64,000 nt of DNA from a virus (IMGVR_UViG_3300025584_000449:115903-179902); one strand, 5' to 3'. Counted from the first letter of the stretch, positions 45,778-57,289 are shown. The notes: generated by a model from the letters alone, not told the origin. Made by a program: numbers and translations.

Positions 45778-48700
45778 ATGTTTGGTCCTTCTTTAAATTT
45801 TACTACTGACGAGCTATGGGATTTCTCATCAACTTTCTATAATCTAATGGCCATCGAAGAGAAGGCCAGAGTAGAAACATATTGGACAGCCCTACTTGAG
45901 GGTATGCAGGCTTTATTTTATAATCTATACCAAGTAGATCTAACCAAATCTTTAAAGTACGGCCGTGGATTTTTAGAGTACGGCTATGAGTATTATAATA
46001 TATTCTTTGAAGAAGGCTACGCAGAAATAAGAGATAAAGTAGAAGGAAATATAGTTAGAGTAGTTGCTAGCTCTGATACTGTTTATATAATTACAGACAG
46101 GCGAGTATACAAATCTGATAACTTAGTGTATTGGGATGACATAACTTTTAACTTAAAATCTTCATCTCTATCTCTTAAAGATATACAGATTCCTTATCCT
46201 GATGGAACTAACCCATATCTATTAACCTCTACAGGCATATATAAATTTAACACCACTGAGTGGGTTTTAGTATATGCTTCTACAGAATTTGCTAGGATTA
46301 CTGTAAGGGAGATAGATAAGGCAATAGGTGCTCCTACAACAAGAGTGTGGGACGCAGCACTTGGTGTTTATTCAGACAGTGTAGTTTATTTAGGAGAATT
46401 AAATTATTTAAATGAGTACGTGTTTACTAGCCTAGCAACAGCAACTAATTATGCCGTAAATAGTTTAGATGTTCATGACATTGCTTGGGTAAATGTAGAT
46501 GTATTTGGTGACACGCTACGAACTCAATTAATAGTTGGTAGCTCTAGAACTACAGAGGTCCATAGAGGATTACATATATATTCTACCGAAGACGAAGAGT
46601 GGGACACTATAAATGATTATAGCGGTCCCGAAGATGGGTGTACGTCTGTCTCTAACTACGCAGAGGGCACAGATGATTTCATATTTACAGGAAGTTCGGG
46701 TGGGGGAGATGACGATGCTTGGTATTTTACTAAAGCAGCGGGTGTTCCTAATTTTATGCCAATGCCTTCCCCCAGCATTGGTACTGGAATTACTGAAAGA
46801 ATTTATGATTTCTGTCAAATAACTGATGCCAATAATTTTATATTAACTAATGATAAGATTTATAAATATAATGGTACTGTATGGTCTGACGTAACTCCAT
46901 CTGTTGATGCTTTCTATCCAAGAACAATTAATGTAGTAGGAACTACGTTAATAGTTGGTACCTTAGAAGGTATTTATAAGAGTACGGATTATGGAGTGAC
47001 ATGGACTGAGTTTTCAAGCGGTGCTTACTACTTTGATCTTCCTAATACTGATAGGTTTGATTATTTAAGTATACCAACCCTAAGTGGAGTACTTACTGGC
47101 CAGGTATTAGTAGAGGACGAAGATTACGAGATAGTAAACAACAACGCAATAAAGTTTTTAAAAGAAATAGACTTTGATAATACTTTAGCAGACGCTATTG
47201 AGATAGACCAAGATAATAAAACGTATCATCCTGGTGAGCAGTTCTTAGCCGTTAACTCTTTAGTTTTATTACCAAGTTTAACTAATATATATTTTAAAGG
47301 GTTTGGTTGTGAAGATAACCCTAAAGAAATAATACAACAAAAATTATATACTCCTTATTTAGATGGAGTAACTGAATCTGGTCTTACAAATTATGTTTAT
47401 TCACAATACTGGGCAGACCATTTAAAACGATGGACTCATGGAGTCAATAATAAAATAAGAAGTGCTCCTACTATTAGTAATTTAACAAATTTATATGGAT
47501 TAATAAAAGGCGTTCCTTTTGCTTATGAGGATTGTATTTATACTAGTGGGTGGTCTGATAGTAATTATAATTATGCAGAATTTACAACATCAGGAACTTC
47601 TAATAGTCTTACATATATGGTACAAAATTCTTTAGAATTTTATGATTACAGTAGCGGTGATTCTATAAATCAATTTGATTTAATATGCTCTGGTGTTAGA
47701 ATAATAGATTCTTTAGTTGATCCAGATATAATTTCTGAATTAATTAGTGATGAATATTCTGACTATAGAGAGATAATATTATTAGATGAAACTAATAGAC
47801 TACAATATGCTGGTATTAGTTGTAGTGAGACTTTAGAGACAAAATTTGTTAATGATATAATGCCTTTATGTTTAAAATCTGTGCAAGATAATATTGCTCC
47901 TGAAATAGATAGTGATCAGGACTCTGCATTTTATCCATGGACTGCAACTGCTGGATTAAGTATAGATACTACAGATTATGAAAATGATATCTTAACTTAT
48001 AAATTAAGACATCTATCTCCTACACAAACTTATTATACTGGAAGTGGAATATCAGTAACTATTGATGATGCTATGACAGAAACTCCAGAAGTAGCGTTTG
48101 ATCAGCAGCCCATAGTTACTACCTCTTATAGGTTTTCTATGGAAGTTGATGATCTATATAATAATGAGACTGGACCTTTAAGAGTTTATGTGTCCGGTGT
48201 AAACGACTTTGATAGTTGGGGAGATAATAACTTCTCTATAGCAGATGTAGATATTGAATTTGATAATTTTACACAACACTCCGAATATGTTGGACTATCT
48301 TTAGGAGATGGTATATTATATGATTTTTCGCAACCATTTATAGAAATGGCTTCAGATACAAGTTATATTGCTGATCATTCTTTAGTTGAGGATGATAATG
48401 GAATATTACATATTTTTGGTATTAAAGTAAAGCCTGGAGATGATCATAGTTTTGGTGAGCGGCTTTCTCATTGGACAAGTTCAGTTTCTTCAAATTTAAG
48501 AAATTGGGTAGAACAAGATGATGTTTTAGATGTTAATGACGGCTATGCAGAAGATTGGGAAAACGAACATATATGGGCACCACATGTTATTAGAAATCCT
48601 GTTTCAAGTCCACCAGTTGGTGAAAAATGGGTAATGTCTTATGCTGGAGTAGCATGGACTCCTACAAGCTCAAGACAGCAGCTCGGCTTGGCATTTAGTG

Positions 48701-50094
48701 ATGATTTATATACATGGGTTAGGGCTTCAGGAGTAAACCCATTATTAGATATGGAATCACAGTCCTATTTTATCTGGCCTGAGGCTGCTTGGTCCGCACA
48801 ATGTAGGGATCCACACTTTACCTATAATGAGGATGAAGGTAAATGGTTTCTTACTTTCTCGGCAAAAAAAGACGATGGAGAAGCAGATCCTTGGGATAAT
48901 CCAGGTTGTATAGGAGTTCTTGAATGGCAGGGTAGTGGAAACGATTTTGCTTCTGATTGGGTTTTAGTTTCTGGACAAGAATCATTAATAGTATTTGATA
49001 CTAATGCTGTTCCAGAAGGGCAGTCTATAACTAAAATAGATGATACTTGGCACATGGTTTGGAACTTTAGTGCTACTGGAATGCAGCATCAGTCAAATAC
49101 TTCAGGAATGTGGGGACCTTGGGAAACTAACCCTGTAGATGTCGGATGGGCAGATGATGTTGGATATGCGCCAGAAATTACTTGGGTTAATGGATTATCA
49201 AAATGGATTTTAAGTATGCATCAAGCTTCCTCTAAAAATTATTATATGTTTAGAGAATTAGATTTTGATACTCTTGACGTAAACGGGTCACCAACAATAA
49301 CAGATTTAAATACACTAGATAAATGCCCTGGATCATGGTCTATAACAGATTTAAGTGGAGATGATATAAATAATAATCATCCTTCTTGGTCTGATGATAT
49401 AAATATTAGTATACAGCCAGTAGTATATTACAATGGTCGAAGATATATTAATATGATAGATAATAATTTAAATAATACTCCAGTTGTTTCTGGGCTTAGT
49501 GTGTGGATGGATCAAACGAGATTTGGTACTCCAGTGCAGCCGTATGATCTGCCTTGGGATTCTGAAGTTAATTATAGATACTATACTATTAATGAAGATT
49601 TAGCTCCATATAGTAAATCTGTACTATCTTTAACATCTTCTGGTGATAATAAACCTCCAACTAGTACTCTTACTTATGGAGATTCTACTATATCTGGATA
49701 TTTAACTAGTGAAACATTTACTATAAATAATAATAGAGTTAGCTTTTACCTATCTGCTCCTGAAAATGACTCTGACTTTTTTGTTGCTTTAGTTGATGCT
49801 AATACAGATAAGGTTAGATTATTAACAACAGGAAGTTCGAACCAATCCGAAGGTCCGCAAGACGATAATGGTCAACAGTTTTATTCAGATTATAGTATGG
49901 TGCAAAAGTTATGGGATACTACATCATTAATGGGGCAAGATGTATATGTGGTAATTGCTAAATTGGGACTAGGACATTTTATGTTAAATTATTTACAAGA
50001 ATATCACGAAACAGTTACTGGAAATGATCCAGTTGCCCCAGAACATCCAAGCCTCTTAAGTCAGGCTGTAATAATTACTTCACTTTTACCTTAA
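45778..50094 (+). CDS. Large baseplate/tail protein with a BNR beta-propeller and a GH32/clan GH-J-like five-bladed propeller
   Basis: Asp-box STDYGVTW; ADHS, HIWAPHV, LAFSDDLYTW, CRDPHF, VPEG; C-terminal GYLTSETFTI...WDTTSLMGQ module. Confidence 0.65.
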   Translation: MFGPSLNFTTDELWDFSSTFYNLMAIEEKARVETYWTALLEGMQALFYNLYQVDLTKSLKYGRGFLEYGYEYYNIFFEEGYAEIRDKVEGNIVRVVASSDTVYIITDRRVYKSDNLVYWDDITFNLKSSSLSLKDIQIPYPDGTNPYLLTSTGIYKFNTTEWVLVYASTEFARITVREIDKAIGAPTTRVWDAALGVYSDSVVYLGELNYLNEYVFTSLATATNYAVNSLDVHDIAWVNVDVFGDTLRTQLIVGSSRTTEVHRGLHIYSTEDEEWDTINDYSGPEDGCTSVSNYAEGTDDFIFTGSSGGGDDDAWYFTKAAGVPNFMPMPSPSIGTGITERIYDFCQITDANNFILTNDKIYKYNGTVWSDVTPSVDAFYPRTINVVGTTLIVGTLEGIYKSTDYGVTWTEFSSGAYYFDLPNTDRFDYLSIPTLSGVLTGQVLVEDEDYEIVNNNAIKFLKEIDFDNTLADAIEIDQDNKTYHPGEQFLAVNSLVLLPSLTNIYFKGFGCEDNPKEIIQQKLYTPYLDGVTESGLTNYVYSQYWADHLKRWTHGVNNKIRSAPTISNLTNLYGLIKGVPFAYEDCIYTSGWSDSNYNYAEFTTSGTSNSLTYMVQNSLEFYDYSSGDSINQFDLICSGVRIIDSLVDPDIISELISDEYSDYREIILLDETNRLQYAGISCSETLETKFVNDIMPLCLKSVQDNIAPEIDSDQDSAFYPWTATAGLSIDTTDYENDILTYKLRHLSPTQTYYTGSGISVTIDDAMTETPEVAFDQQPIVTTSYRFSMEVDDLYNNETGPLRVYVSGVNDFDSWGDNNFSIADVDIEFDNFTQHSEYVGLSLGDGILYDFSQPFIEMASDTSYIADHSLVEDDNGILHIFGIKVKPGDDHSFGERLSHWTSSVSSNLRNWVEQDDVLDVNDGYAEDWENEHIWAPHVIRNPVSSPPVGEKWVMSYAGVAWTPTSSRQQLGLAFSDDLYTWVRASGVNPLLDMESQSYFIWPEAAWSAQCRDPHFTYNEDEGKWFLTFSAKKDDGEADPWDNPGCIGVLEWQGSGNDFASDWVLVSGQESLIVFDTNAVPEGQSITKIDDTWHMVWNFSATGMQHQSNTSGMWGPWETNPVDVGWADDVGYAPEITWVNGLSKWILSMHQASSKNYYMFRELDFDTLDVNGSPTITDLNTLDKCPGSWSITDLSGDDINNNHPSWSDDINISIQPVVYYNGRRYINMIDNNLNNTPVVSGLSVWMDQTRFGTPVQPYDLPWDSEVNYRYYTINEDLAPYSKSVLSLTSSGDNKPPTSTLTYGDSTISGYLTSETFTINNNRVSFYLSAPENDSDFFVALVDANTDKVRLLTTGSSNQSEGPQDDNGQQFYSDYSMVQKLWDTTSLMGQDVYVVIAKLGLGHFMLNYLQEYHETVTGNDPVAPEHPSLLSQAVIITSLLP

Positions 50095-50101
50095 ATCCAT
50101 C

Positions 50102-50130
50102 TTGATTTGAAAAAATTTATTGTCTATATT
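50102..50130 (+). promoter_or_regulatory. Promoter upstream of the tail fibre genes
   Basis: TTGATT-N17-TATATT, followed by an AGGAG Shine-Dalgarno before ATG 50162. Confidence 0.6.
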
Positions 50131-50161
50131 TAAAGAGTACAATAACTTAGGAGAATAGATA

Positions 50162-52876
50162 ATGGCAGATATTAGTTTAGTTTCCGGCGTAAACACTCCA
50201 GAAGAGGGACGTCAAATATGGAACACTAATGATACAAATATCAATGATCAGTTAACTACTCATGTTGCTGCAGTTGATAGTACATCTGGACATATAAGTT
50301 CTGGTAGTATTGTTAGTACAGACGCAACACAAACCCTTACAAATAAAACAATTATATCTAGCGGTAATAGTGTTAGTATTATTACTTCTGATATTTATGG
50401 TACATCTTTTATTTTTAATGATGGTGCTGATACTTTTGTTATAGAGCCTACTGATACTGTTATAGTTTCTGGAGGAAATGGTATATCATATGATGTTTCT
50501 GGAGATTCATTATATTCTTATCTAGACCCCACATTAGTAATAAATGATGACTCTGGACAAACACTAGCTGTTGGCACTGATGCTGTCGTAGGCAGTGAGA
50601 TGGTCCGTCTTGGGGGTAATTCTACTGTAACTGGTACATTCCAGGTTGCTAATACTTCTTCTCCTACTTTACAATTAGGTACTTTATCAGGCGGTACGGT
50701 AACCCCAGTAGTTACTGTAACAGATGCTGGAGTATCTACTACTAATACTAATTTTGCAATAGATACTGGTACTGCTTATGCTAACTTAAATGATTTAATG
50801 TATGTTACTGGATCCCAAGTAGGTATTGGAACTTCGAGTCCTTCTAGAACTCTCCATGTTGATGATACTGGAGGTGCCAGAGTAGGAGCCGCTGCGTCTT
50901 ATTTAGATCTAACAACTGGGTCAAGAGTTGAGCTAAAAGCTGATGGAACTTACGATGACCTTAGACTAACCTCAGACTCCGGTAGTGTAGAGATTAATGT
51001 TAGCTCTGGAGTTAACTTTACGATGGACGCAGATGGTTATGCTAGAGTAGGATCTAGCTCCGCACCTATAACTGGGGTAGCCCTAACAATAGACGGAGAT
51101 GTTGTTACCACAGGAGACACCACCTTAACTGGTGATATAAACTTTAATGGTCAGTACTCAATTTATCAAGGCGGAACTAATAGTGAAATAAACTTTAATT
51201 CTACTAACACCGTATTTAGTGGAGATTCAACTACAATATTAACTTTAACTAATGCAACTCAAGCTGCAGCATTTGCTGGAGCTCTAACGGTGGTCGGGGA
51301 TTTAACTGCTACAACGTTTGGCGGCAATCTTGGAGTTCAACTAGATAAAGTAACAAAAATAGATATAGCTTCTGGAATAAACACAGCCACAGTTGAACAG
51401 CTAGGTGGGGCAGACATAGATCTTATAACTAGTGCCCATACATCTACTGCTTATAGAAATGGAATTATAACAACATCACAGTTTATTAGTCTAGATAATA
51501 TGATTGATAAGACAGTAACTATTACCGGAACTGAAAATGAAATAGACGTAAGTTCTGGCAGTGTTGTTCTAGATGATTCTGGGGACGCAACACCAACAAT
51601 AAGTCTAGCTCCTCATGCTGCCACTAGTAGTTTTAGAGGAAGTAGTTATGTAGAGGTTGGAACTGGTAATTCAACTGAAAATGACGGTGTTTATTTTAAA
51701 ATTAATGATTCAAAATTTGCTAGTACTAAGTTTGGATCATTGGTGGCTAGATTTAATAGAAGCTCTGATGACGCGTATGACTATGATCATGAATTCCATT
51801 TCGATTTAGGCGGAGACTCTGATACTGACGAGGGCATCTATAAGGGATTTAAATTTGGATTATGGGGTCTTTACAATACTATGATGCATATCAGTGTTGG
51901 TGAATCTTCTACTTCCGCGAGAGTCGCAATAAATCCACCAAGACCCTCAACAGGGTATGATAAGCCTGGACATACTCTTGACGTACATGGAGACACTTGG
52001 ATTGACGGAGACACGATAATAGAAGGCTCCCTTCTTGTAGAGGGTGAAGACTCTACACTTAATTTAAATAATTTAATATCAAAGGGTATAGAAGTATATA
52101 ATACTTCATCAATAACAAATGGTAATCCTAACGGAGAACTTGGATACTTATTATTCTCATCAAATGCTACATCAGACGAGGCTAGACTTTACCATGATGA
52201 TAGAAGTTTATTTTTAAGAAGTGAAGGCATTACTGATGACAGTCATGCTAAAAAATTAAGACTTGATCTTACTCCTTATGGGAATCAAGGATTTATGAGA
52301 GCTGGTAAATTTCATTTTATAAGTGATTGGGAAGAAGACTATGATGATAATTCTTCAGGTAGTCACGATAATGAAGCACAGGTAATAGTTCCATTTTTAG
52401 GCCCCTCCGATAGAGTAGCTTGTGCATCAAACTCTTATTGGAAAAACAGAGGATTCTTTGGACCAGGGTCTATGGAAATCACTCAATATGAGCCCCCAGC
52501 ATCAAATAGTATAAGTTCTTGGGGTATAGAAGTATCTAATAATATACATCTTAGTAATTATTTTCCAAATGCTAATTCTAATGATTTATTTTATGATAGT
52601 AGGCCTGGATATGTGGATATAGCTTTAGATGCTTTAACAGAGAGTTTAAATTATAGTGGAAAAGATTTTAAATATTTAGAAGCCTTTATTCCCACAAATA
52701 CTTATCAAAATAAGGAAGTCTATGGTTGGTGTTTTATAGACGTAACAGAAGATGTTGTAGCTAGAGCTGATAGAACATTAGCAACTCATATAAGAGTATT
52801 TGCTCAGTTGGGTACAAGAATTAGTTGGACAGCGCATTGGATGAGAAACACATCTGTGGGACCTTATTCAACATAA
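50162..52876 (+). CDS. Tail fibre/spike-like protein
   Basis: Ser/Thr/Gly-rich beta repeats, VGIGTSSPSRTLHV and AINP...PGHTLDV fibre motifs. Confidence 0.65.
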   Translation: MADISLVSGVNTPEEGRQIWNTNDTNINDQLTTHVAAVDSTSGHISSGSIVSTDATQTLTNKTIISSGNSVSIITSDIYGTSFIFNDGADTFVIEPTDTVIVSGGNGISYDVSGDSLYSYLDPTLVINDDSGQTLAVGTDAVVGSEMVRLGGNSTVTGTFQVANTSSPTLQLGTLSGGTVTPVVTVTDAGVSTTNTNFAIDTGTAYANLNDLMYVTGSQVGIGTSSPSRTLHVDDTGGARVGAAASYLDLTTGSRVELKADGTYDDLRLTSDSGSVEINVSSGVNFTMDADGYARVGSSSAPITGVALTIDGDVVTTGDTTLTGDINFNGQYSIYQGGTNSEINFNSTNTVFSGDSTTILTLTNATQAAAFAGALTVVGDLTATTFGGNLGVQLDKVTKIDIASGINTATVEQLGGADIDLITSAHTSTAYRNGIITTSQFISLDNMIDKTVTITGTENEIDVSSGSVVLDDSGDATPTISLAPHAATSSFRGSSYVEVGTGNSTENDGVYFKINDSKFASTKFGSLVARFNRSSDDAYDYDHEFHFDLGGDSDTDEGIYKGFKFGLWGLYNTMMHISVGESSTSARVAINPPRPSTGYDKPGHTLDVHGDTWIDGDTIIEGSLLVEGEDSTLNLNNLISKGIEVYNTSSITNGNPNGELGYLLFSSNATSDEARLYHDDRSLFLRSEGITDDSHAKKLRLDLTPYGNQGFMRAGKFHFISDWEEDYDDNSSGSHDNEAQVIVPFLGPSDRVACASNSYWKNRGFFGPGSMEITQYEPPASNSISSWGIEVSNNIHLSNYFPNANSNDLFYDSRPGYVDIALDALTESLNYSGKDFKYLEAFIPTNTYQNKEVYGWCFIDVTEDVVARADRTLATHIRVFAQLGTRISWTAHWMRNTSVGPYST

Positions 52877-52895
52877 TATAAATTAGGAGACTTAG

Positions 52896-55800
52896 ATGAA
52901 AAAGGTAAAAGTACCATCAAGTACTATTCAAAGTTTAGAAACAATCTTTGATAATCTTGCTGATGCTGTAGGAAATAATATAACGAAGAGAGAAGAGCGT
53001 ACTTATAAAAATCTCGGATTTATATTTAATATGGAAAATGATGTTCCGTCTTCTGATGACTGGAAGATAGAGCTTACTCCTGGACCTTTAGATTCAGGTA
53101 AATTTCGTATTAATGTTGGGTCTTTAGGTACAGCTAAAGGTATATTACCTAATGGAGAATTAATAGGTATTAGTACTACCAAAGATATTACTCTTTCTGA
53201 TTTACAACTTAGCAGCTATTATTTAATCTATGCTGTATGGGATTCGGTTGGAACAGAGCCTGTAACAAGAGCAGACGGTTTTTTATATGATGCCTCTGGC
53301 AGTGCTAATGTTGAAAATACTATTTATTTAGATCGTACAACTATTTCAAGCACAAGGTATACTTCATTAGCGTCTGCACAAGTTGCTGCAGATACTTTAG
53401 GCTATAACACTTTAACTGATAGATTACCATTAGCAATACTTAAGACTGCTAGCTCTGGTCCTGGTGTTCCTTGGGATAATACTGCTTGGGCAACAGGAGT
53501 TACTGCTGAAATTGGTGTTTTAGATCTTAGAGTTGAGGCTAGACAACTACAACTTAATGAAAATTTATTAGACGATTCTACAATTATATTTAAAGATAGA
53601 GATTCTACTGCTTTAAGTGGTGGTGGAATTGATGGTGATATAGACTTTTTACAAACTGTAAATGTTACAGGAGCTATAACTGGAAATTCTAGCCTAGCAA
53701 TTTCTGGCCAAGGTAACCAAGTTCAGATAACACCATCAACTGTAACTGGGTCAGTAGCTGATGGCTTAACAATAACTAATACTGCTGGCGATGTATTTAT
53801 AAAAGATAATATTAGGGTACATGACAGTTATGTCGGAATTGGTATGTCCACTAATCCATTATATACTTTAGATGTTACTGGTACTTTTAACTTAACTGGA
53901 AACGGTCTTATAACAAGAGACTTTACTATAGCTAACTTATTCTACGCAGATAATTCTGATCGTCAGGTCTCTATAGGATCAACTACATTATCAACTGGGT
54001 CAAAAATACATTTAGATGGCAGCACTGAAATAGGTGGAGCATTAAATGTAGATGACTTCATGTATGTAGATGCAACTAATGATAGAGTCGGCCTTGGAAC
54101 AGCCTCTCCAGAAGAGCAGTTACACTTAACTGGAAACATGAAATTTGAAGCCGCCCTTATTGGTACGCCTGCAGAATACCCAGGAGTAAAATGGGCTAAT
54201 GCTAGTGATGTAATATCTAAAATTACTAGTACCGGTACAACAATAACAAATACAATTAATACTGTTGACATTTTAAGTCTAAGTTCTTCGCTTGTACAGA
54301 CAAGTCAGAATTTAAAATTCTCTGCTGATAATAAATCACTGCTATCCTACGGAGGATACCAGATGATAAGCTCTGTCACTGATAGTGAGGGAGATGTTAA
54401 TTTTTATATTGGTGACTCTACAATATCAGATACTTCACACATTAACTTAAGAGCTAATACTCTCGGAGTTAATATAGCTAAATCAGCTATGACCGCTGAT
54501 ATGGAATTTGAAGTAAATGGAGATATTAAGTCTGATAATTTATTCATTGATAGCGCAGGAACTATAGACTTCGAATCTTCAATATCTATTAACCCGACCT
54601 TGGCAAGTCCTCGTACAAGAGGAGATAGACTAGTTACTGGATTAAATCTTGGATATGCAGGTCAAGATATAGATACTGATAGATTATCTCCTGGAATAAA
54701 AAGTCTTGGAATTGAATTGGATGCAACTACAATTTCTGGATCAGCAATTAATTTTTATGTTACGGAAGATGGGACTGAGGACTTTAGCAAATCAAGAGAT
54801 ATAAGATTAAAACTTGAAGATGATAATGTAACTATTGGTTCTAAGATTACTCTTTCTGATAATCAGTTTATAAATAGTAATAGCTATAGTTATTTAACAC
54901 GATTAGCATCATCACACATAGCTATCTCAGAAACTTTAACTACTCCAACCGCCTATATCTCTGATTTAAACTTATCAAGAGATAGCTCAATAAGTACTTC
55001 TGGTTGTGTTTTTGTTAATTGGGATCCGTCTACAGACTCTGTCCCATCTGGACAGCTTAATATAAATACAACATATAATAAACCAGCAATAATATTTAAT
55101 AATAATGATTATTATAATACTGATATATTATTTAAACATAGTGATTCTACAAAATGGATAATGCGTCATGACAATACTTCCAACTTAAAATTACTTTATG
55201 TTAATGAGACTGGTAATTTAAGAGAATCAGTAACTTTTAATCAAAATACTATTTATGCCTCATCTATAGTTTCTGATTCACTAACAGTTAGTGGTGTATC
55301 AATAGGTGATTTTGTTTTCCCTGACGTAGTTGTCGACTCTTTAACAGAGGCTGGTGGGGCTGTTGAAATAACCTCAAGTGGATTATATGCTTCAAAGGCA
55401 AACTTTGGATCTAGTACTTTAGCTGTTGATGGCGGATTACGTACAGTAACTATTGGAAATGCTGGAGGAAGTTCTAGTTTAAATGTAAATGGAAATTCAA
55501 CCTTTAATGATGGATTTGAACTTATAAATTCAGGAACTAATATTACTATCCCAGGAGTTTCTAATACTGACTTTAGAATTGGTGTTGGAACTTATGGATC
55601 TGACTTAGAAGGACTATCAGTTTATGCTTACGATGCTGCAGCTTTAACTACTCCAGTTAAAGCTAGAATTTATGATGTTAATCCTAGAATGGAAGCAGGA
55701 CATTTTAATGTTCCGTTTACAACTAGATTCTACTGGAATTTTTGGGGAACTACTAGAATTGAAGTTGAGGGGGAGTATAAGGTTAGATTTAATATTGATG

Positions 55801-57281
55801 ATATAAGTGCGTCAACATTAAATGCTGCAGAACTTGCACACATGATTGGTAAAAAGCTTAGAGGAAATAATGCTGGAACTCCTTGGGGATCTTACAGTAT
55901 TTTAGGAGTCTCAGTAGACGGAGATGATTTTATATTAACATTAGATAGTTCTTGGGTAGCTGCAAGTATTGGAACAGCTTTAATTTATGATAATTGCGAT
56001 GATTATGTTTGTACTTTATATGAGTTTGCTCCTGGAGAAGATACCTCAAATAATGATAATGCTACCCAGTCAGTTACAACGGTGCCTGCAGGAAATTGTT
56101 TCTTATCTAAACTAGTATATCCAGAACATACTTATAAATTTGAAGTTAAATCGCGCACAGGAATGGACCTTTCGGAAGCAGTTGCTTTACAAGCCGGAAC
56201 TTATGATCCTGACCACGCAGTTGGAGGGCAAGCAGAAGTAACTTATACAGTACCTTGGGAAGCGTCTTTACCTTACTTAACAGATGATGATGCCTCTTTA
56301 ACAGCCACTACTACTCCTTACGGGTTTACATTAAATGCTGGAACAAGTTGGAAAACTTCTGCTGATAGAACTAAGGTAGCTCACTTCTATCATTTCTGCT
56401 ATACTACAGCTTCAACTTTAAACTTTGATGATTTAAGTAGTACACATAATCATAGAATTCAAAAATCTCCATCCTTAGATATCTCTACTTCTGAATCTAA
56501 TGATTATCAAGTCGGTGTGAGGCCTTATCAAAACGGTATGCCTGTAGGATCAGGAATAACCACTTCAATTATGTCTGGTGCTGGCGGTAATTTACCCCCT
56601 GGTCAAGTTATAGCAGATACAGATCTTAATTTAGTTTGCACTTCTGGAACTTCAACAGTTTGGGCTGACAGTGTTGACTGCTTACACGTAGAACACACAG
56701 ATGTAGTTGCAGGAGAAGACTCATACTTACCTAGCAGATTCTTAGACGGGCAAATACTTACAACTGCGGTTAGCGGAAGTGATTCTGACTTTATGATTAC
56801 TACTGACATGCAGTTTGCTGGCTCAACTCGTTACTTAGTATTAGCTCCTGAAAATGCTGGAGATGATCCAGATGTGCCAAGTACCTGGGATACTGGAATA
56901 ACTAAGAGAGGTAGAAGACTTCTTAAGAAACGATTAGCTGCTGACTATGAGATAAATTCAATTACGGTTAACGTTGGACAGTTGGATACTAATGATGATT
57001 CAATTGTATTAGAGACTAACCCACTTGTAATTAGAATTTACCAAGAAGGCTTTGAAAGTTCAGCGGACTCAATTACTATAACGAGCCCATTCACTGATGT
57101 TACTCAAACAGTAAATGTTAGAATACTATCTAGAAAAGAGCCTAGTAGAACTTTAATTATCGACGCTTACGATACTGGAGATACTCCAAATAATGTAACA
57201 GGAATTACCGGACATATAAGTGTGAATGCCTTAGTCTTAACAGATTATATTCCTGAAGAAGCTGCTCCACCAATTAATTAG
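52896..57281 (+). CDS. Large tail fibre-like protein
   Basis: 1461 aa, repeated VGIG/VGLGT..P...L motifs, beta-rich C-terminal domains. Confidence 0.6.
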   Translation: MKKVKVPSSTIQSLETIFDNLADAVGNNITKREERTYKNLGFIFNMENDVPSSDDWKIELTPGPLDSGKFRINVGSLGTAKGILPNGELIGISTTKDITLSDLQLSSYYLIYAVWDSVGTEPVTRADGFLYDASGSANVENTIYLDRTTISSTRYTSLASAQVAADTLGYNTLTDRLPLAILKTASSGPGVPWDNTAWATGVTAEIGVLDLRVEARQLQLNENLLDDSTIIFKDRDSTALSGGGIDGDIDFLQTVNVTGAITGNSSLAISGQGNQVQITPSTVTGSVADGLTITNTAGDVFIKDNIRVHDSYVGIGMSTNPLYTLDVTGTFNLTGNGLITRDFTIANLFYADNSDRQVSIGSTTLSTGSKIHLDGSTEIGGALNVDDFMYVDATNDRVGLGTASPEEQLHLTGNMKFEAALIGTPAEYPGVKWANASDVISKITSTGTTITNTINTVDILSLSSSLVQTSQNLKFSADNKSLLSYGGYQMISSVTDSEGDVNFYIGDSTISDTSHINLRANTLGVNIAKSAMTADMEFEVNGDIKSDNLFIDSAGTIDFESSISINPTLASPRTRGDRLVTGLNLGYAGQDIDTDRLSPGIKSLGIELDATTISGSAINFYVTEDGTEDFSKSRDIRLKLEDDNVTIGSKITLSDNQFINSNSYSYLTRLASSHIAISETLTTPTAYISDLNLSRDSSISTSGCVFVNWDPSTDSVPSGQLNINTTYNKPAIIFNNNDYYNTDILFKHSDSTKWIMRHDNTSNLKLLYVNETGNLRESVTFNQNTIYASSIVSDSLTVSGVSIGDFVFPDVVVDSLTEAGGAVEITSSGLYASKANFGSSTLAVDGGLRTVTIGNAGGSSSLNVNGNSTFNDGFELINSGTNITIPGVSNTDFRIGVGTYGSDLEGLSVYAYDAAALTTPVKARIYDVNPRMEAGHFNVPFTTRFYWNFWGTTRIEVEGEYKVRFNIDDISASTLNAAELAHMIGKKLRGNNAGTPWGSYSILGVSVDGDDFILTLDSSWVAASIGTALIYDNCDDYVCTLYEFAPGEDTSNNDNATQSVTTVPAGNCFLSKLVYPEHTYKFEVKSRTGMDLSEAVALQAGTYDPDHAVGGQAEVTYTVPWEASLPYLTDDDASLTATTTPYGFTLNAGTSWKTSADRTKVAHFYHFCYTTASTLNFDDLSSTHNHRIQKSPSLDISTSESNDYQVGVRPYQNGMPVGSGITTSIMSGAGGNLPPGQVIADTDLNLVCTSGTSTVWADSVDCLHVEHTDVVAGEDSYLPSRFLDGQILTTAVSGSDSDFMITTDMQFAGSTRYLVLAPENAGDDPDVPSTWDTGITKRGRRLLKKRLAADYEINSITVNVGQLDTNDDSIVLETNPLVIRIYQEGFESSADSITITSPFTDVTQTVNVRILSRKEPSRTLIIDAYDTGDTPNNVTGITGHISVNALVLTDYIPEEAAPPIN

Positions 57282-57289
57282 GATGAGTA

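Noticed and set aside
32180-56809. Minus-strand ORFs within the tail module (32180-32380, 33087-33287, 34233-34514, 34869-35276, 41568-41852, 53963-54271 and others)
   Set aside because: They are antisense shadows. 32180-32380 simply mirrors the open -1 frame of the chaperone extension.
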